Shown here in pieces: positions 51,144 through 63,200 of a stretch of DNA of 64,000 nt. The position numbers were made by a program, and so were the translations under genes. Every line of letters begins with the position of its first letter. The first letter of the stretch is position 1. The notes beneath the pieces are model-generated. The model saw only the letters and a list, made by a program, of their open reading frames with translations. It searched no databases and was not told the origin of the DNA. Source of the stretch: an uncultured Actinomycetota bacterium (GTDB lineage Bacteria > Actinomycetota > Acidimicrobiia > Spongiisociales > UBA5794); NCBI GenBank assembly GCA_963700375.1, contig CAVOXF010000003.1, positions 13,079-77,078 of the forward strand, given 5' to 3'.

Positions 51144-52658
51144 TGTCGGAAATGCCTCCTGTGCGTGAACATGATGGCCATGTCGCGCTCGCGGGCAGCT
51201 TCGATCACCTCGTCGTCGCGGATCGAGCCTCCCGGTTCCACGACCGCCGTCACACCCGCTTCCGCCAGCAGATCGAGGCCATCACGGAAGGGGAAGAACC
51301 CGTCGCTGGCAGCGACCGAGCCGATCGAGCGGTCTCCCGCCTTCGCGAGAGCGCGCTCAGCCGCCCCGACTCGACTCTGGTCGCCTGCGCCCACACCAAC
51401 GGCGGCTCCCATCCTTGACCACAACGACGGCGTTCGACTTGGTGTGGGCGGCGACCACCCACGCGATCCGAAGGTCGCGGGTCTCGCCCTCGGTCGGTTC
51501 CCGAGTCTTGGGCTCCCATGAGTCGCTGTCCGCTTCGACTGTGTCGCGCTTCTGAACGAGGAAACCATCGTCGATGCTCCGCATGTGGAGGTCGTGAGGT
51601 GATGGTGGAGGGGCGATCAGGACCCGGAGATTCTTCTTACCGGCGAGAAGTGCTCTCGCTTCCGGGGTGATCGAGGGGGCGATCACCACCTCGACGAAGT
51701 ACTGGGCGATCTCGGTTGCGGTGTCCTCATCAAGCGGGCCGTTGAGGCCGACAACACCTCCGAATGCGGAGAGCGGGTCGCACGCCCAGGCATTCCGGAA
51801 GGCTTCGTGCATGGATTCGCCGGCGGCCACCCCGCAGGCGTTCATGTGCTTGAGGATCGCCACCGATCCGGTTGGGAGGTCGTTCGCCAGTCGCCATGCC
51901 GAGTCGGCATCGACGTAGTTGTTGAACGACATCTCCTTGCCCTGGATCCGCTCAGCGCCAGCCCACCAACCTGTGGATCGACCCGCGGAATACAGAGCGG
52001 CCGGCTGATGTGGGTTCTCGCCGTAGCGCGCGTCCGACACCTTCGAGAGCGCGAGAGCGAGTCGCTCGGAATGGTCCCGTTCGAACCAGTTGACGATCGC
52101 CGCGTCGTACTGAGCCGTCCGGAAGAATGCTTCTCGGGCGAGGTCCTCCCGCATCTCCGGGGTGGTACCGCCTTGTTCGATCGCTTCTGCGACCTCGTCG
52201 TACCGTGCCGGAGACACGACGGTGGCTACCCAGGCGTGGTTCTTCGCTGCGGACCGGATCAGGGTCGGCCCCCCGATATCGATGTTCTCGATCACGTCGA
52301 CTTCGGGTGCCCCGGAAGCAACGGTCGATTCGAAGGGGTAGAGGTTCACGACCACGAGACCGAACGTGTCAATGCCGCGCTCGGCCAGATCGGCCCGATG
52401 GGACTCGTCGCCAAGGTCGGCAAGGATGCCACCGTGGATGGACGGGTGCAACGTCTTGACTCGGCCGCCGAGCATCTCCGGGGCGTCGGTGACGGCGGCG
52501 ACCGCTGTCGCCGGGATACCGGCGTCCGAAAGGGCTGCCGCAGTACCTCCGGAGGAGACCAGTTCGACGCCCGCTCCATGAAGGCGCCGGGCGAACTCGA
52601 TGAGGCCGGTCTTGTCCGAGACGGTAAGCAGTGCACGGGTGATCGGGAGACGGTTCAT
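51140..52658 (-). pseudogene. purH: bifunctional AICAR transformylase / IMP cyclohydrolase PurH, disrupted by a frameshift near 51405..51412
   Basis: N-terminal MGS-like domain (LLTVSDKTG) and AICARFT domain in ORF 51357..52658; canonical C-terminus ([11 protein letters not shown]...DGFFPFRDG...[10 protein letters not shown]) is in ORF 51140..51568 in another frame; junction follows VVVKDG. Confidence 0.8.
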
Positions 52659-52717
52659 CGATGCGGCATCTTAGGTGCCGCGGTTTCCGCCCGGACGGAC
52701 GGGTACGACGATGTCGT

Positions 52718-53416
52718 TCACGCCAGAGCCGCGTCGACCGCAGCGACTGCATGAATCCGCGTCGTCGGAAAGTACGGAAGGCCGACGTCCTCAGGGGTGA
52801 CCAGCAGCTCGATCTCGGTACACCCGGCGACGACACCTTGGGCACCTTCGGCGTGGAGACGACCGATGATCTCGAGATAGCGCTGACGAGACGCTGCAAC
52901 GATCCTTCCCTGGACGAGTTCGTCGAAGATCACATCGTGTACAAAGGCGCGGTCGGCCGGATCGGGGATGACGACGCTGAGCCCGTTCTCTTCGAGACGC
53001 CCCCGGTAGAAGTCCTGCTCCATCGTGTACCTGGTTCCAAGGAGCGCCACGGCGGTGATGCCGCCGGTCCGAACCGCTTCAGCGGTCGCATCCGCGATGT
53101 GCAGGAGCGGGATGTCGATCGCAGCCTCGATCTGCGGCGCGACCTTGTGCATGGTGTTGGTGGCGAGGACGATCAGATCGGCGCCAGATGCCTCGAGGCG
53201 TACGGCGTCTCCGGCGAGTCGTCGCCCCGCGCCCTCCCAATCACTCGACTCCTGGAGCGCCTCGATCTCCGCGAAGTCATAGGACCGAACGATGAGGTCG
53301 GCCGAGTGCGTCCCGCCCAGCCGCCTGCGGACCTCGGTGTTGATGATCCGCTCATACTCGACGGAAGACTCCCAACTCATCCCGCCAAGCAACCCGATGG
53401 TCTTCATCGAAGACAA
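52718..53416 (-). CDS. aspartate/glutamate racemase family protein
   Basis: two-domain Asp/Glu/hydantoin racemase pattern with conserved Cys-containing motifs (LATNTMH, VAGCTEI). Confidence 0.7.
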   Translation of the reverse strand: MSSMKTIGLLGGMSWESSVEYERIINTEVRRRLGGTHSADLIVRSYDFAEIEALQESSDWEGAGRRLAGDAVRLEASGADLIVLATNTMHKVAPQIEAAIDIPLLHIADATAEAVRTGGITAVALLGTRYTMEQDFYRGRLEENGLSVVIPDPADRAFVHDVIFDELVQGRIVAASRQRYLEIIGRLHAEGAQGVVAGCTEIELLVTPEDVGLPYFPTTRIHAVAAVDAALA

Positions 53417-53444
53417 AGTAGCCGAGTAGCGGATCAGACTCCTT

Positions 53445-53594
53445 CCTCCCCCTCAGGGGGAGGTGGCGCCTGCGGAGAGGCGACGGAGGGGTCTCCACCT
53501 CTTCGCGAACGCGAGAGACCCTTTCCGTCAGCGCCTACCGGCGCTGCCACCTTCCCCTCAGGGGAGGGAATAGGGCTGGCGGCCGGCGGCCGGC
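53445..53594. repeat. cluster of GC-rich palindromic hairpins downstream of sucD (two CCTCCCCCT-C-AGGGGGAGG type, GCGCC-TACC-GGCGC, GGCCGGC-G-GCCGGCC)
   Basis: at least four inverted repeats within 150 bp between sucD and the racemase gene; terminator / REP-like. Confidence 0.5.
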
Positions 53595-54536
53595 CTACCA
53601 GCCTGGACTGGCCTTCTCCATGGCTTCCTGCATCGCGGTGCCCATGTCGGTCGGGGTTGGGGCCATCACGACGCCTGCGGCTTCGAGCGCTGCGATCTTG
53701 GCGTCGGCGGTGCCCTTGCCGCCGGAGATGATCGCTCCGGCATGACCCATCCGCTTCCCTGGCGGGGCCGTGGTACCGGCGATGAAGCCCGCGACCGGTT
53801 TCGTCATGTTCGCGGTAATCCACTCTGCGGCATCCTCTTCGGCCGTCCCGCCGATCTCGCCGATCATCAGCACGCCGTCGGTGGCGGGATCTTCGTTGAA
53901 CGCCTTGAGAGCATCCACGAAGTTGGTGCCGTTCACCGGATCGCCTCCGATCCCGATCGCGGTCGTCTGGCCGAGTCCGTTCAACGTAAGCTGGTAGACC
54001 GCCTCATAGGTCAGCGTTCCCGAACGGCTGACGACGCCGATTCGTCCGGGAGTGTGTATGTAGCCGGGCATGATCCCGATCTTGCACTCCTGCGGTGTGA
54101 TCACACCTGGACAGTTCGGCCCAACGAGACGAACGTCTTTGCCCTCCAGATAGCGCTTGGCCTTCACCATATCGGCCACGGGGATTCCCTCGGTCACGCA
54201 CACAATCAGTGGCACGCCTGCGTCCGCAGCCTCCATGATGGCGTCGGCAGCGAACGGCGGCGGAACATAGACCACGGATGCGTTCGCACCGGTCGCCTCG
54301 ACAGCCTCGGCCACGGTGCGGAAGATGGGCAACTCCACGTGATAGATCGTGCCCCGACCGGGAACCCCGGAACGGTCGACGTCGCCCTCGAAGACTTCTG
54401 TCTGCCCGGCGCGGCTTGGATGCACCACACCGACCATGTTCGTCCCATAGGCGATTGCCTTGTCGGTGTGGAACCGGCCGGTCTTGCCCATCCCTTGAAC
54501 GAGAACCTTCGTGTCCCTGCTGATCAGCACGCTCAT
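53595..54536 (-). CDS. sucD: succinate--CoA ligase alpha subunit
   Basis: CoA-binding GxxG plus catalytic His region ([11 protein letters not shown]). Confidence 0.9.
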   Translation of the reverse strand: MSVLISRDTKVLVQGMGKTGRFHTDKAIAYGTNMVGVVHPSRAGQTEVFEGDVDRSGVPGRGTIYHVELPIFRTVAEAVEATGANASVVYVPPPFAADAIMEAADAGVPLIVCVTEGIPVADMVKAKRYLEGKDVRLVGPNCPGVITPQECKIGIMPGYIHTPGRIGVVSRSGTLTYEAVYQLTLNGLGQTTAIGIGGDPVNGTNFVDALKAFNEDPATDGVLMIGEIGGTAEEDAAEWITANMTKPVAGFIAGTTAPPGKRMGHAGAIISGGKGTADAKIAALEAAGVVMAPTPTDMGTAMQEAMEKASPGW

Positions 54537-55756
54537 CTCGTCAGCTCCAGGATCTTCTGCGCTCCGTCTTTCATGTCGGTGGCGCTCACCAGGTCGAGGC
54601 CCGACTCGTCGAGCATCCGCTTGCCGAGTTCCACGTTTGTGCCCTCGAGCCGCACAACCAGCGGAACGGTGAGCCCGACCTCTTCTACCGCTGCGATGAT
54701 GCCCTCAGCGATGATGTCGCACCGCATGATTCCGCCGAAGATGTTCACGAAGATCCCCTTCACGTTGGGATCCTGAGTGATGATCTTGAATGCGGCGGCA
54801 ATCTGCTCCTTCTCAGCGCCCCCTCCGACGTCGAGGAAGTTGGCCGGCTCACCGCCGACGGTCTTGATGATGTCCATCGTCGCCATCGCAAGACCGGCGC
54901 CATTCACCATGCACCCAATGTCGCCATCGAGCTTGATGAACGAGAGGTCGAACTCCTTGGCCGCGAGCTCCGCTGCGTCTTCCTCACTCACGTCGCGGAA
55001 TTCGGCGACCTCGGGGTGGCGGTAGAGCGCGTTCGCCTCGAACGCCATCTTCCCGTCGAGCGCCATGACGGCTCCGGCCGTCGTGACCACCAGCGGGTTG
55101 ATCTCCACAAGGTCCGTGTCGAGTTCAACGGCCGCCTTCGTCAGGGCGCCGAGGAACCGCACGCCGTTCTTGAATGCGTCCCCCTCAAACCCAAGCGCGT
55201 ACGCGATCCTTCTGGCCTGGAATGGAAGCAGCCCGAACGCCGGATCGATCTCTTCCTTGAGGATCTTGTCCGGCGTCTCCTCGGCTACGACTTCGATCTC
55301 CGTGCCGCCCTCGGTCGAAGCCATCACGATGTTGCGCGATATGGCCCGGTCGAGCAGCACCGATAGATACAACTCGGTCGCGATATCGATGCCTTGCTCG
55401 ATGTAGAGGCGATTGACCTGCTTCCCCTCGGGCCCGGTCTGGACGGTGACGAGGGTCGAGCCGAGCATCTGGCCCGCGAGTTCTCGGACGCGATCTTCGG
55501 CGGCTCCGATGCCTCCTTCGATCCCGGCGGTCACGACGTTCACCCCGCCGACGTCAGGATGTTCCTTGAATCGGCCCTTGCCCCGACCACCGGCGTGAAT
55601 CTGTGACTTCACGACGACAACGGGATTGCCGCTCTCCTCGATCAGCGGCCGGACAACCGCGACCGCCTCGTCGACCGTCGTTGCGACACGGCCGAGCGGG
55701 ACCGCGATACCGCGGTCGGCCATCAGGGCTTTCGCCTGGTACTCGTGGATCTTCAA
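54533..55756 (-). CDS. sucC: succinate--CoA ligase (ADP-forming) beta subunit
   Basis: [10 protein letters not shown]-terminus, ATP-grasp domain, overlapping sucD. Confidence 0.9.
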   Translation of the reverse strand: MKIHEYQAKALMADRGIAVPLGRVATTVDEAVAVVRPLIEESGNPVVVVKSQIHAGGRGKGRFKEHPDVGGVNVVTAGIEGGIGAAEDRVRELAGQMLGSTLVTVQTGPEGKQVNRLYIEQGIDIATELYLSVLLDRAISRNIVMASTEGGTEIEVVAEETPDKILKEEIDPAFGLLPFQARRIAYALGFEGDAFKNGVRFLGALTKAAVELDTDLVEINPLVVTTAGAVMALDGKMAFEANALYRHPEVAEFRDVSEEDAAELAAKEFDLSFIKLDGDIGCMVNGAGLAMATMDIIKTVGGEPANFLDVGGGAEKEQIAAAFKIITQDPNVKGIFVNIFGGIMRCDIIAEGIIAAVEEVGLTVPLVVRLEGTNVELGKRMLDESGLDLVSATDMKDGAQKILELTR

Positions 55757-55786
55757 GAGGATCGTCCTCCGTTCGTCGGTTTCGGT

Positions 55787-56179
55787 TCAGCGATCTGAGA
55801 GGTTCTCATCAACCCAAGCCCGGATGTCGTCGAGTGACGTCCCGGGTGTGAAGACTGCAGCGATTCCGGCGTCGCGGAGGGCCGGGAGGTCTTCATCCGG
55901 GATGATTCCACCGCCGAAGACGATGATGTCGCCAGCGTCACGCTCCCGCAGCGCTTCGACCACTCGCGGAAACAGCGTCATGTGGGCGCCGGAGAGCGTC
56001 GAGAGACCGACACCGTCCACATCTTCGTCGACCGCTGCTTGAGCGATCTGCGCCGGCGTCTGGTGAAGGCCGGTATAGATGACTTCGCAGCCGGCGTCGC
56101 GCAGGGCTCGCGCGACGACCTTGGCTCCCCGATCATGACCGTCGAGGCCGGGCTTGGCAATCAGGATCCGTGGCGGCAT
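55787..56179 (-). CDS. cobalamin (B12)-binding domain protein (methylmalonyl-CoA mutase C-terminal domain-like, stand-alone)
   Basis: DxHxxG B12-binding motif ([12 protein letters not shown]) and Rossmann-like fold; ATG at 56179 (MPPRILIAK). Confidence 0.75.
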   Translation of the reverse strand: MPPRILIAKPGLDGHDRGAKVVARALRDAGCEVIYTGLHQTPAQIAQAAVDEDVDGVGLSTLSGAHMTLFPRVVEALRERDAGDIIVFGGGIIPDEDLPALRDAGIAAVFTPGTSLDDIRAWVDENLSDR

Positions 56180-56249
56180 CCCGGTGAAGGGTAGCGGGCG
56201 TCGATTCTGGAGGTTGCGACGCGATCTGTTTCCGGGCGTGTGAACCGGT

Positions 56250-57678
56250 CTACTGCGGCGGAAGGAGGTAGTTGATGACGTCGAGCGCCGTATAGGTGTC
56301 GCGACCCTCGGGAAGGAACCGCGCAACGTTGGCCACGTCGTCGCCCGAGGTGATCAATTCCCGTTCGACCTCACCGTTCCGCTGGATCTGTGGGAAGCCG
56401 ATGTTGGCGATCAGGGCATTGCACAGGCACTTGCGACCAACCGTGTCTTCTTCAGCGCCGCCCTTGCGAACGTAGTCGTCCACAGGCTCCGACGGGCACC
56501 GCCACCCCACCGTGCCGTCGTCACGCCGGTAGGCCGTGCGGAGATATCCCAAGTCGCAGATCCGCGAGCGCTTCTCGTAGACGCCCGGATTGGACATGCT
56601 GTCCTCGAGCTCAACGACCTTGAAGGGGAACCCGGTTGGTGAGGCCACCGGGTCGGTGTAGATCTTCGCCCTGCCGGCCCTGCTGAGTTCGATCACGTCC
56701 CGCTTCGTGTCGGCCTTGAAGCCAGACTCCTCGCAGTAGGCAAACGCCGTGCCGACCTGCACACCGGCGGCCCCGAGTTCGAGGGCAGCAGTGATCTGCT
56801 CGGGTTCCGCATACCCACCGGCAAGCCAGAATGGGAGCCCAAGTTCACGGAACACGGCAAGATCGGGCACGTCGCGACTCCCGTAGATCGGTTCGCCGAT
56901 CTCGTTCAGCTCCATCTTCCCTCGTGGTGGGGCGTTGTGCCCGCCGGCCGTTGGACCCTCGATGACAAAACCGTCCACCCGGCCGCTCGCCTTTCGCACC
57001 AGCGCCGTACCGAGAACATGCGAGGATACGATCGCGAGAAACGCCGGCCTCGGGGCCGGCGGCAGGCTGCCGTCGCCAATACTTGCGGGATCGAAGTGCA
57101 TGGTGAAGAACTCTCCGCGCTCCGCGCCCTTCACGTCCAGTCGGTACTCGACGGGCAGCCCCTCGGCCAATCGATCGAGAATCCCCGGTATCGCCATCGG
57201 GATTCCGGCGCCCATCAACACGTAGTCGACACCTGCGAGCATTGCCCCGTAGATCGATGCCAGGTGAGGGGTCTGGATCTTCTCGAGGTAGTTGATGCCC
57301 ACGACGCCGTCGTGACCCTCCTTGGCGAGGTGGACCTCGACGAAGTTGCCGACCACCATGAGTTCGAGGGCCTTCTTGGACGGATCAACGCGAGGCATCG
57401 GCTTCGCCTTGTAGCGGTCGCCCGGCTTCTTCCCGCCTTCGATGAAGTACGTGTCGAGGATTCGGTCGACGACTCCGTCGATTGGGAACGCCGCCATCGC
57501 ACGCCGCATGTGGCCGCCGGGATCGCCCGCCTGGAGGCGACGCAGGTAGAGCGCATCGAGGCCGGTTCCGGATACAACACCCATTTGCCCGGCCTGAGAC
57601 ACGCTACGCGCCAGGCGCCAGTCGGAGACGCCGACTCCCATACCGCCTTGGATGAGAACCGGCAGATCAGTGGTCACG
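56250..57678 (-). CDS. nitronate monooxygenase / 2-nitropropane dioxygenase family FMN enzyme
   Basis: [16 protein letters not shown]-binding motif near the N-terminus and TIM-barrel pattern; start inferred at GTG about 57678 (uncertain). Confidence 0.65.
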
Positions 57679-57798
57679 CCTCTGATGGTAGGCGGCTCAT
57701 CGAAGAACGGCCCCCCAACAATCCCGAGAGATTTCGTCGGCGAGCCGTCCACCGGGGGCGCCACTACCGAGCCACGGTCCGATCCGAACCGTGCGGAA

Positions 57799-59979
57799 TC
57801 ACACCTTCTCGAGCGGGGCCCAAGCCAGGAGGAGACGCTTCTCCCCCATGCCCTCGAAGGCAACCGTGGCTTCGGCGGCTTCGCCTCGACCGACGACTTC
57901 AACCACCACACCGTGTCCCCAGTGGGAATGGCGTACCCGGTCCCCGGTGCTGATCTCGCCCTCGCCCACCGACGCCCGCGGTTCGGCAGCGATCCCCCGG
58001 TCCGAGTGGCGCGACCGCTTGACGCCGGTGATGAGCTGGCTTGGGATCTCGCCGAGGAAACGGCTCGGACCGTTGTACTGTGACTGGCCCCACAGATTGC
58101 GGCTCCACGCCCTGGTCAGAAACAGCCGTTGCTCCGCCCGGGTTATCCCGACGTAGCAGAGACGCCTCTCCTCCTCGAGTTCCGTCGTGTTGCCAAGTGA
58201 CCGCACGTGGGGGAACACGCCATCCTCCATGCCGGTGATGAACACCACGGGGAATTCGAGACCCTTGGCGTTGTGGAGGGTCATGAGCGTGACCTGGTCA
58301 CGTTCTTCATAGGCATCGATGTCGGCGACGAGGCTGATCGCCTCGAGGAACAACCCAAGCTTCTCCATGGCGTCGAGTTCGGCCCACTCGGCCGGACCCA
58401 TCGACGCCGGCCCGACCTCCTCGAACTCGGCAACGGCCGAGGCGAGCTCCCTGAGATTCTCCTCCCGTCCCATCGCTTCGATCGACCGGTCGGATCGGAT
58501 CATGTCGAGATACCCGGTCTGGTCGAGGACGGCATCGATCGCGGCAGCCGGACCGTCGGCGGCTCGCTCGGCCAGGTGGTCCATCAGCGCAACGAATTCC
58601 TCGATGGCACGCTGGGCGCGGGGAGTGAGCCGGGGATTCTCCTCCACACGACGCAGGGCCTCGAAGAACCCGATCCCCTCGGATTCGGCGAATCGGTCGA
58701 CGTGGGCGACACTGGTGTCGCCGATGGCGCGCTTCGGGACGTTGATGATGCGCTTGAGAGCCACCTGATCGTCGGGATTGACAACACCCCGGAGATACGC
58801 GATCGCGTCCTTGACTTCCCGGCGGTCGTAGTACTTCAGGCCGCCGACCACCTGGTACGGGACCCCATACCGTACGAAGACCTCCTCGATCACCCGACTC
58901 TGAGCGTTCGTCCGGTAGAAGACCGCAACGCCCGAGAGTGCGATTCCGTCGGCCTCGAGCTCCCGGATCTGGTCGGCGATGAACGCCGCCTCATCCTGTT
59001 CGTCTTTCGCCTCGAAGGCGGCGATGAGTTCGCCCTCACCCTCGTCCGTCCACAGGCGTTTCGGTTTCCTGGCCTCGTTGTTGCTGATCACGGCGTTCGC
59101 CGCATCGAGAATCGTCTGGGTTGACCGGTAGTTCTGCTCGAGCATCACAACGGTGGCATCGCTGTAGTCCTTCTCGAAATCGAGAATGTTGCGCATGTCG
59201 GCGCCACGGAACGCGTACACCGACTGGTCGGCATCTCCGACGACGAACACGTTGCGGTGAGCACCGGCCAGGAGCTTCACGAGCATGTACTGCGCGTGGT
59301 TGGTGTCCTGGTATTCGTCGACCAGGAGGTACTGGAACCGTTGCTGGTACTGGGCAAGGACCTCCGGAAATGCCCGGAAGATGTCGACGGTCAGCCCGAG
59401 GATGTCGTCGAAATCGACGGCCGAGGCTTCTACGAGACGCTGCTGATAGAGCCGGTAGACGTCGGAAACCTTCTCGTGATAGAACCCTTCGCCACTCGAC
59501 CCGTAGGTCTCGTAGTCGATGAGGTCGTTCTTGGCGTTCGAGATCGCAGCCCGAATCACCTTCGGAGGGAAGTTCTTCGGATCCATGTCGAGATCGCGGA
59601 TACACATCGTGACGAGGCGCACCGAGTCGGCGTCGTCGTAGATGGAGAACGAGGACCGATACCCGAGACGCGGCGCCTCCCTCCGGAGAATCCGCACGCA
59701 CGCACTGTGGAACGTCGACACCCACATCCCGTCGGAGACCCGTCCCACAAGGTTCGCGACCCGTTCCTTCATTTCGGCTGCGGCCTTGTTCGTGAAGGTG
59801 ATCGCGAGGATCGAATACGGGGAGATACCGAGATCGCGGATCAGATGGGCGATGCGGTACGTCAGAACCCGGGTCTTGCCCGACCCGGCGCCCGCAACGA
59901 CGAGGACGGGCCCGTCGGTCGCCGCAACGGCATGCCGCTGCGAAGGGTTGAGGCTGTCGAGAAGGGAGGGTTCGAGCAT
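57799..59979 (-). CDS. pcrA: ATP-dependent DNA helicase PcrA/UvrD
   Basis: SF1 helicase motifs: Walker A AGAGSGKTRVL, DEYQDTN, QNYRST, VGITRA and a C-terminal Tudor-like tail. Confidence 0.9.
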   Translation of the reverse strand: MLEPSLLDSLNPSQRHAVAATDGPVLVVAGAGSGKTRVLTYRIAHLIRDLGISPYSILAITFTNKAAAEMKERVANLVGRVSDGMWVSTFHSACVRILRREAPRLGYRSSFSIYDDADSVRLVTMCIRDLDMDPKNFPPKVIRAAISNAKNDLIDYETYGSSGEGFYHEKVSDVYRLYQQRLVEASAVDFDDILGLTVDIFRAFPEVLAQYQQRFQYLLVDEYQDTNHAQYMLVKLLAGAHRNVFVVGDADQSVYAFRGADMRNILDFEKDYSDATVVMLEQNYRSTQTILDAANAVISNNEARKPKRLWTDEGEGELIAAFEAKDEQDEAAFIADQIRELEADGIALSGVAVFYRTNAQSRVIEEVFVRYGVPYQVVGGLKYYDRREVKDAIAYLRGVVNPDDQVALKRIINVPKRAIGDTSVAHVDRFAESEGIGFFEALRRVEENPRLTPRAQRAIEEFVALMDHLAERAADGPAAAIDAVLDQTGYLDMIRSDRSIEAMGREENLRELASAVAEFEEVGPASMGPAEWAELDAMEKLGLFLEAISLVADIDAYEERDQVTLMTLHNAKGLEFPVVFITGMEDGVFPHVRSLGNTTELEEERRLCYVGITRAEQRLFLTRAWSRNLWGQSQYNGPSRFLGEIPSQLITGVKRSRHSDRGIAAEPRASVGEGEISTGDRVRHSHWGHGVVVEVVGRGEAAEATVAFEGMGEKRLLLAWAPLEKV

Positions 59980-60099
59980 CGGAACCCGGAGTGTACCGGT
60001 CCCCCGTGCGCGAACTACATGCGAGTAAGTAGGCGTGAGTTGCGGGCCACGTGCTCGGCTCGCTGAACAGCTGAGTGTTCGTCGCTTCTCCCACGAAGT

Positions 60100-60205
60100 G
60101 GGGGAGGCGCAAGCATCCGGCCGGGCGGCTGGAGCGCAGCGGAGGGGGCTTTGGGAGCCCGAGGCGCCCCAGATGAGCTCTGGCGACTGGAAGCTGACGA
60201 CTGGC
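60100..60205. repeat. structured intergenic repeat family 2, partial copy C
   Basis: shares GGAGCG.AGCG..AGG.GGGCTT.GGGAGCCCGAGGC with 28060..28195 and 42350..42475; lies between pcrA and the CheA-like gene. Confidence 0.45.
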
Positions 60206-60218
60206 TCCTGCCGAAGCC

Positions 60219-63200
60219 CTACGCCGTCTGTTCCTTCTCGCGGCGGAGCGTGATCAACTCGCGGAGCTTCTCGGCGAGTCCGCCCTCACGGAAGTCGGCC
60301 TTGTCGAAGAACGCATCGACGCCGGCCTCGCGGGCCCGATCGACGTCCTCACCCTCGGCGACACCCGACAGCATGACGATGGGAAGGTCACCGTGGCGCT
60401 GCCTGACCATGTGCGCGAGTGCCACACCGTCGGCCCGCGGCATGGAGAAGTCGACGACCACGGCATCGATCGACCCCGAGTGCAGCGCTCCAAGCGCATC
60501 GGCCACGCTCGCGGCCACAGACGTATTGAACCCACTCGTCGCGAGGGCCGAGGAAACGACCTGCTGGACGCCGACGGAGTCGTCAACAATGAGGACCCTG
60601 GCCGCAGGGAAAGCGGGCGCTTCGATTGCGACTTCGCGTTGGCGCTCGGCAAGGCGAGTCGGGTCAACGAGGAGTACGACCTGCTCACCCCCGAGGAGGG
60701 CAGCGCCGGTTACCTCGGCGGCCTGCGCGTCGGCGAGCACCGCACCGAGTTCCTTCGCTGCAACGCGGCGGATCCCGATGACCTCTTCTACGCCAAGGGC
60801 GACTGGACCCGCCGCGCTTGTCGCCACCACGATCGACGCTGGCACTGCATCCGACCGAATGCCCATCAGATCGGCGAATGACGCGAATGGGACGTCTCCG
60901 TCGATCCGCTCGAGAACGGTCGTGTGGTCGGCCACGGCGATCGTCGCCAGGTTCATATCGACGACGTCTAGGACTCCGGTCTCGGGGATGCCCCACATGA
61001 TGCCGCCGGTCTTCACCAGGAGGGCATTCTGCATCGCCTGGTGGACCGGAACGACCATCGAGATCCTGGTTTCCACCTTCGGAGTGCTCTCAACACGAAG
61101 GGACCCATTCAACGACTCCATTGCCTCGCGCACGACGGCCAGGCCATCCCCGTCGCCGGCCAAGTCGTCCGCCACGTCACGGGTGGTGAAGCCGTTCTGA
61201 TACAGCAGCGAACGGAGCGCGTCCGGGGCAAGCTCGGCTGAAGGGTCGAGGAGCCCGAGTGACAGGCCCTTCTCCCTGATGGCCCGCCAGTCGATGCCGC
61301 GACCATCGTCCACCACGGAGACCTCGAGGTTGACATCGGATTGCTTTGCTTCGATTCGAATCAGCCCGGTTCCCGACTTGCCTGCACCGAGGCGTGTGTC
61401 GATGTCTTCGATGCCATGCACAGCGGAGTTGACCACGAGTTGGCGTACGGCGTCACCAAGACGCTCGAGGACCTGTCGGTCGACCAGTATGTCGTCTCCC
61501 ACGATTTCGACTGTCAGCTCCTTGCCGGTCTTGCGGCTCAGGTAACGGCCGAGCTGGGGCAGGGTGTTCGTCACGTCTTGCAGCGGCGCTGCTGCGAGCG
61601 CGAGCGCCTTGGTCTCGATCAGCTCCGATGCCGAAGAGACCGGTTCGATCCCCTGGGCGATAGCCGAGACGCGGTCGGAGAAGAATGGGTCGGCGACGGC
61701 AACCTCGGCGAACTCCGCCAGTTGTTCCTTCACCGCCTCGAGATCCATGCGCAGCGTGACGATGTGGTTGACGAGTTCGTACAGGCGGCCGGTGTTGACG
61801 GCGATCGCCTCCTCAGCGGCCCATGTCTGGACGGCCTTGACGAGCCCGCCGAGGTCGTCAACGCCGGAGGAGTCACGAGGGACCGGCTTCCGATTCGAGG
61901 GCAGCGCAACGACGCCGGGATCGCTGGCCGCGACCGCAGTCCCGGCCAGGTCGCTCGCGGGCTCATCGTCGAATACCTCCGGAACGCCGGATTCATCGTC
62001 GGATACCGGGAACTCGATCAGTGCACCGAGCGCTTCTTCGCGCTCGTCGCCGCCGGCGTCTGCGGAGTCTTCGTCAACCACGACCCGGGGATCATCATCG
62101 GAATCGCTGAACGGCTCATCGACCGTAGCTCGTGCGTTGGCGGCAATCGTGAACGGAAGATCATCCATTGCGATCTCCGTTTCCTCCTCCGCCCCCACTT
62201 CGGCCCCTACCCCAACCAACGGCCCTGCCTCATCCGAGACACCCGTGGCTTCGAATCCTTCCTCAACCTCCCCGGGATCATCGGTGTCGGCATCATCACC
62301 GTGGTCCGCCGGTTCGGCAGCAATCTCGGCAGCGGCACCTTCCTGCATCATCGAACGGCGAAGCTCCGCGAAAGCCTGCTGAGCCGAACGAGCTGCATCT
62401 GCGGCTTCCTCGTCGGAAGTCTCGGCCTCCGCGTGCGCCTCCCGCGGCGACTCGTTCTCGACGAATGTGAGTACGACCGGCTTGTCCGCAAGCGCCTCGA
62501 CCGCGGCTTCCTCCCCGGAGTCGACCCCAGCACCCGCAAGCCGCGCGAACGCATCGTGGGCCGACACCACCGATTCCCCCACCAGCTCCTCAACCGCGGC
62601 TTCCTCTCCGGAGTCGACGCCAGCACCCGCAAGCCGCGCGAACGCATCGTGGGCCGAAGACGCCGGCTCGTCCACCGGCTCCTCAACCACGCCATCATCA
62701 CCAAGCTCGACGCCAGCACCCGCAAGCCGCGCGAACGCATCGTGGGCCGAAGACGCCGGCTCGTCCACCGGCACCTCGACCGCACCGACCTTGCCGAGCT
62801 CCTCAACGAATGGTTCGGACGCGTCAAACGCCTGCTGTTCGATCGTCAAAGATTGGGTTTGCTCAGGGGAACTCTCGTCGGCCGATTCGACGGACTCGGG
62901 AGCGTCAGCGACGACCTCGGTCGTGTCCACGGCCTCCTCGCCGACGAGCACTACATCGGACCCGAAATCCGGAGCGATGTCCTGCTCGGCTCCGGACAAT
63001 GCGACCGGGTCGACCTGTGGAACCGGGGGTAGTTCTTCCGGTAGTTCCTGCCCTTCGAAGAACTCATGAACGGCAGCCATCGCCTCGGCGAGTTCAGCCG
63101 GATCGTCGAGGGAGGACGGAATCGCGGCGCTCAGCGCTTCGAGTATGCGCCCGAAGATCGGGGAGGGCGTGATTTCACCCTGCTGGATCCATCTCCAGAT

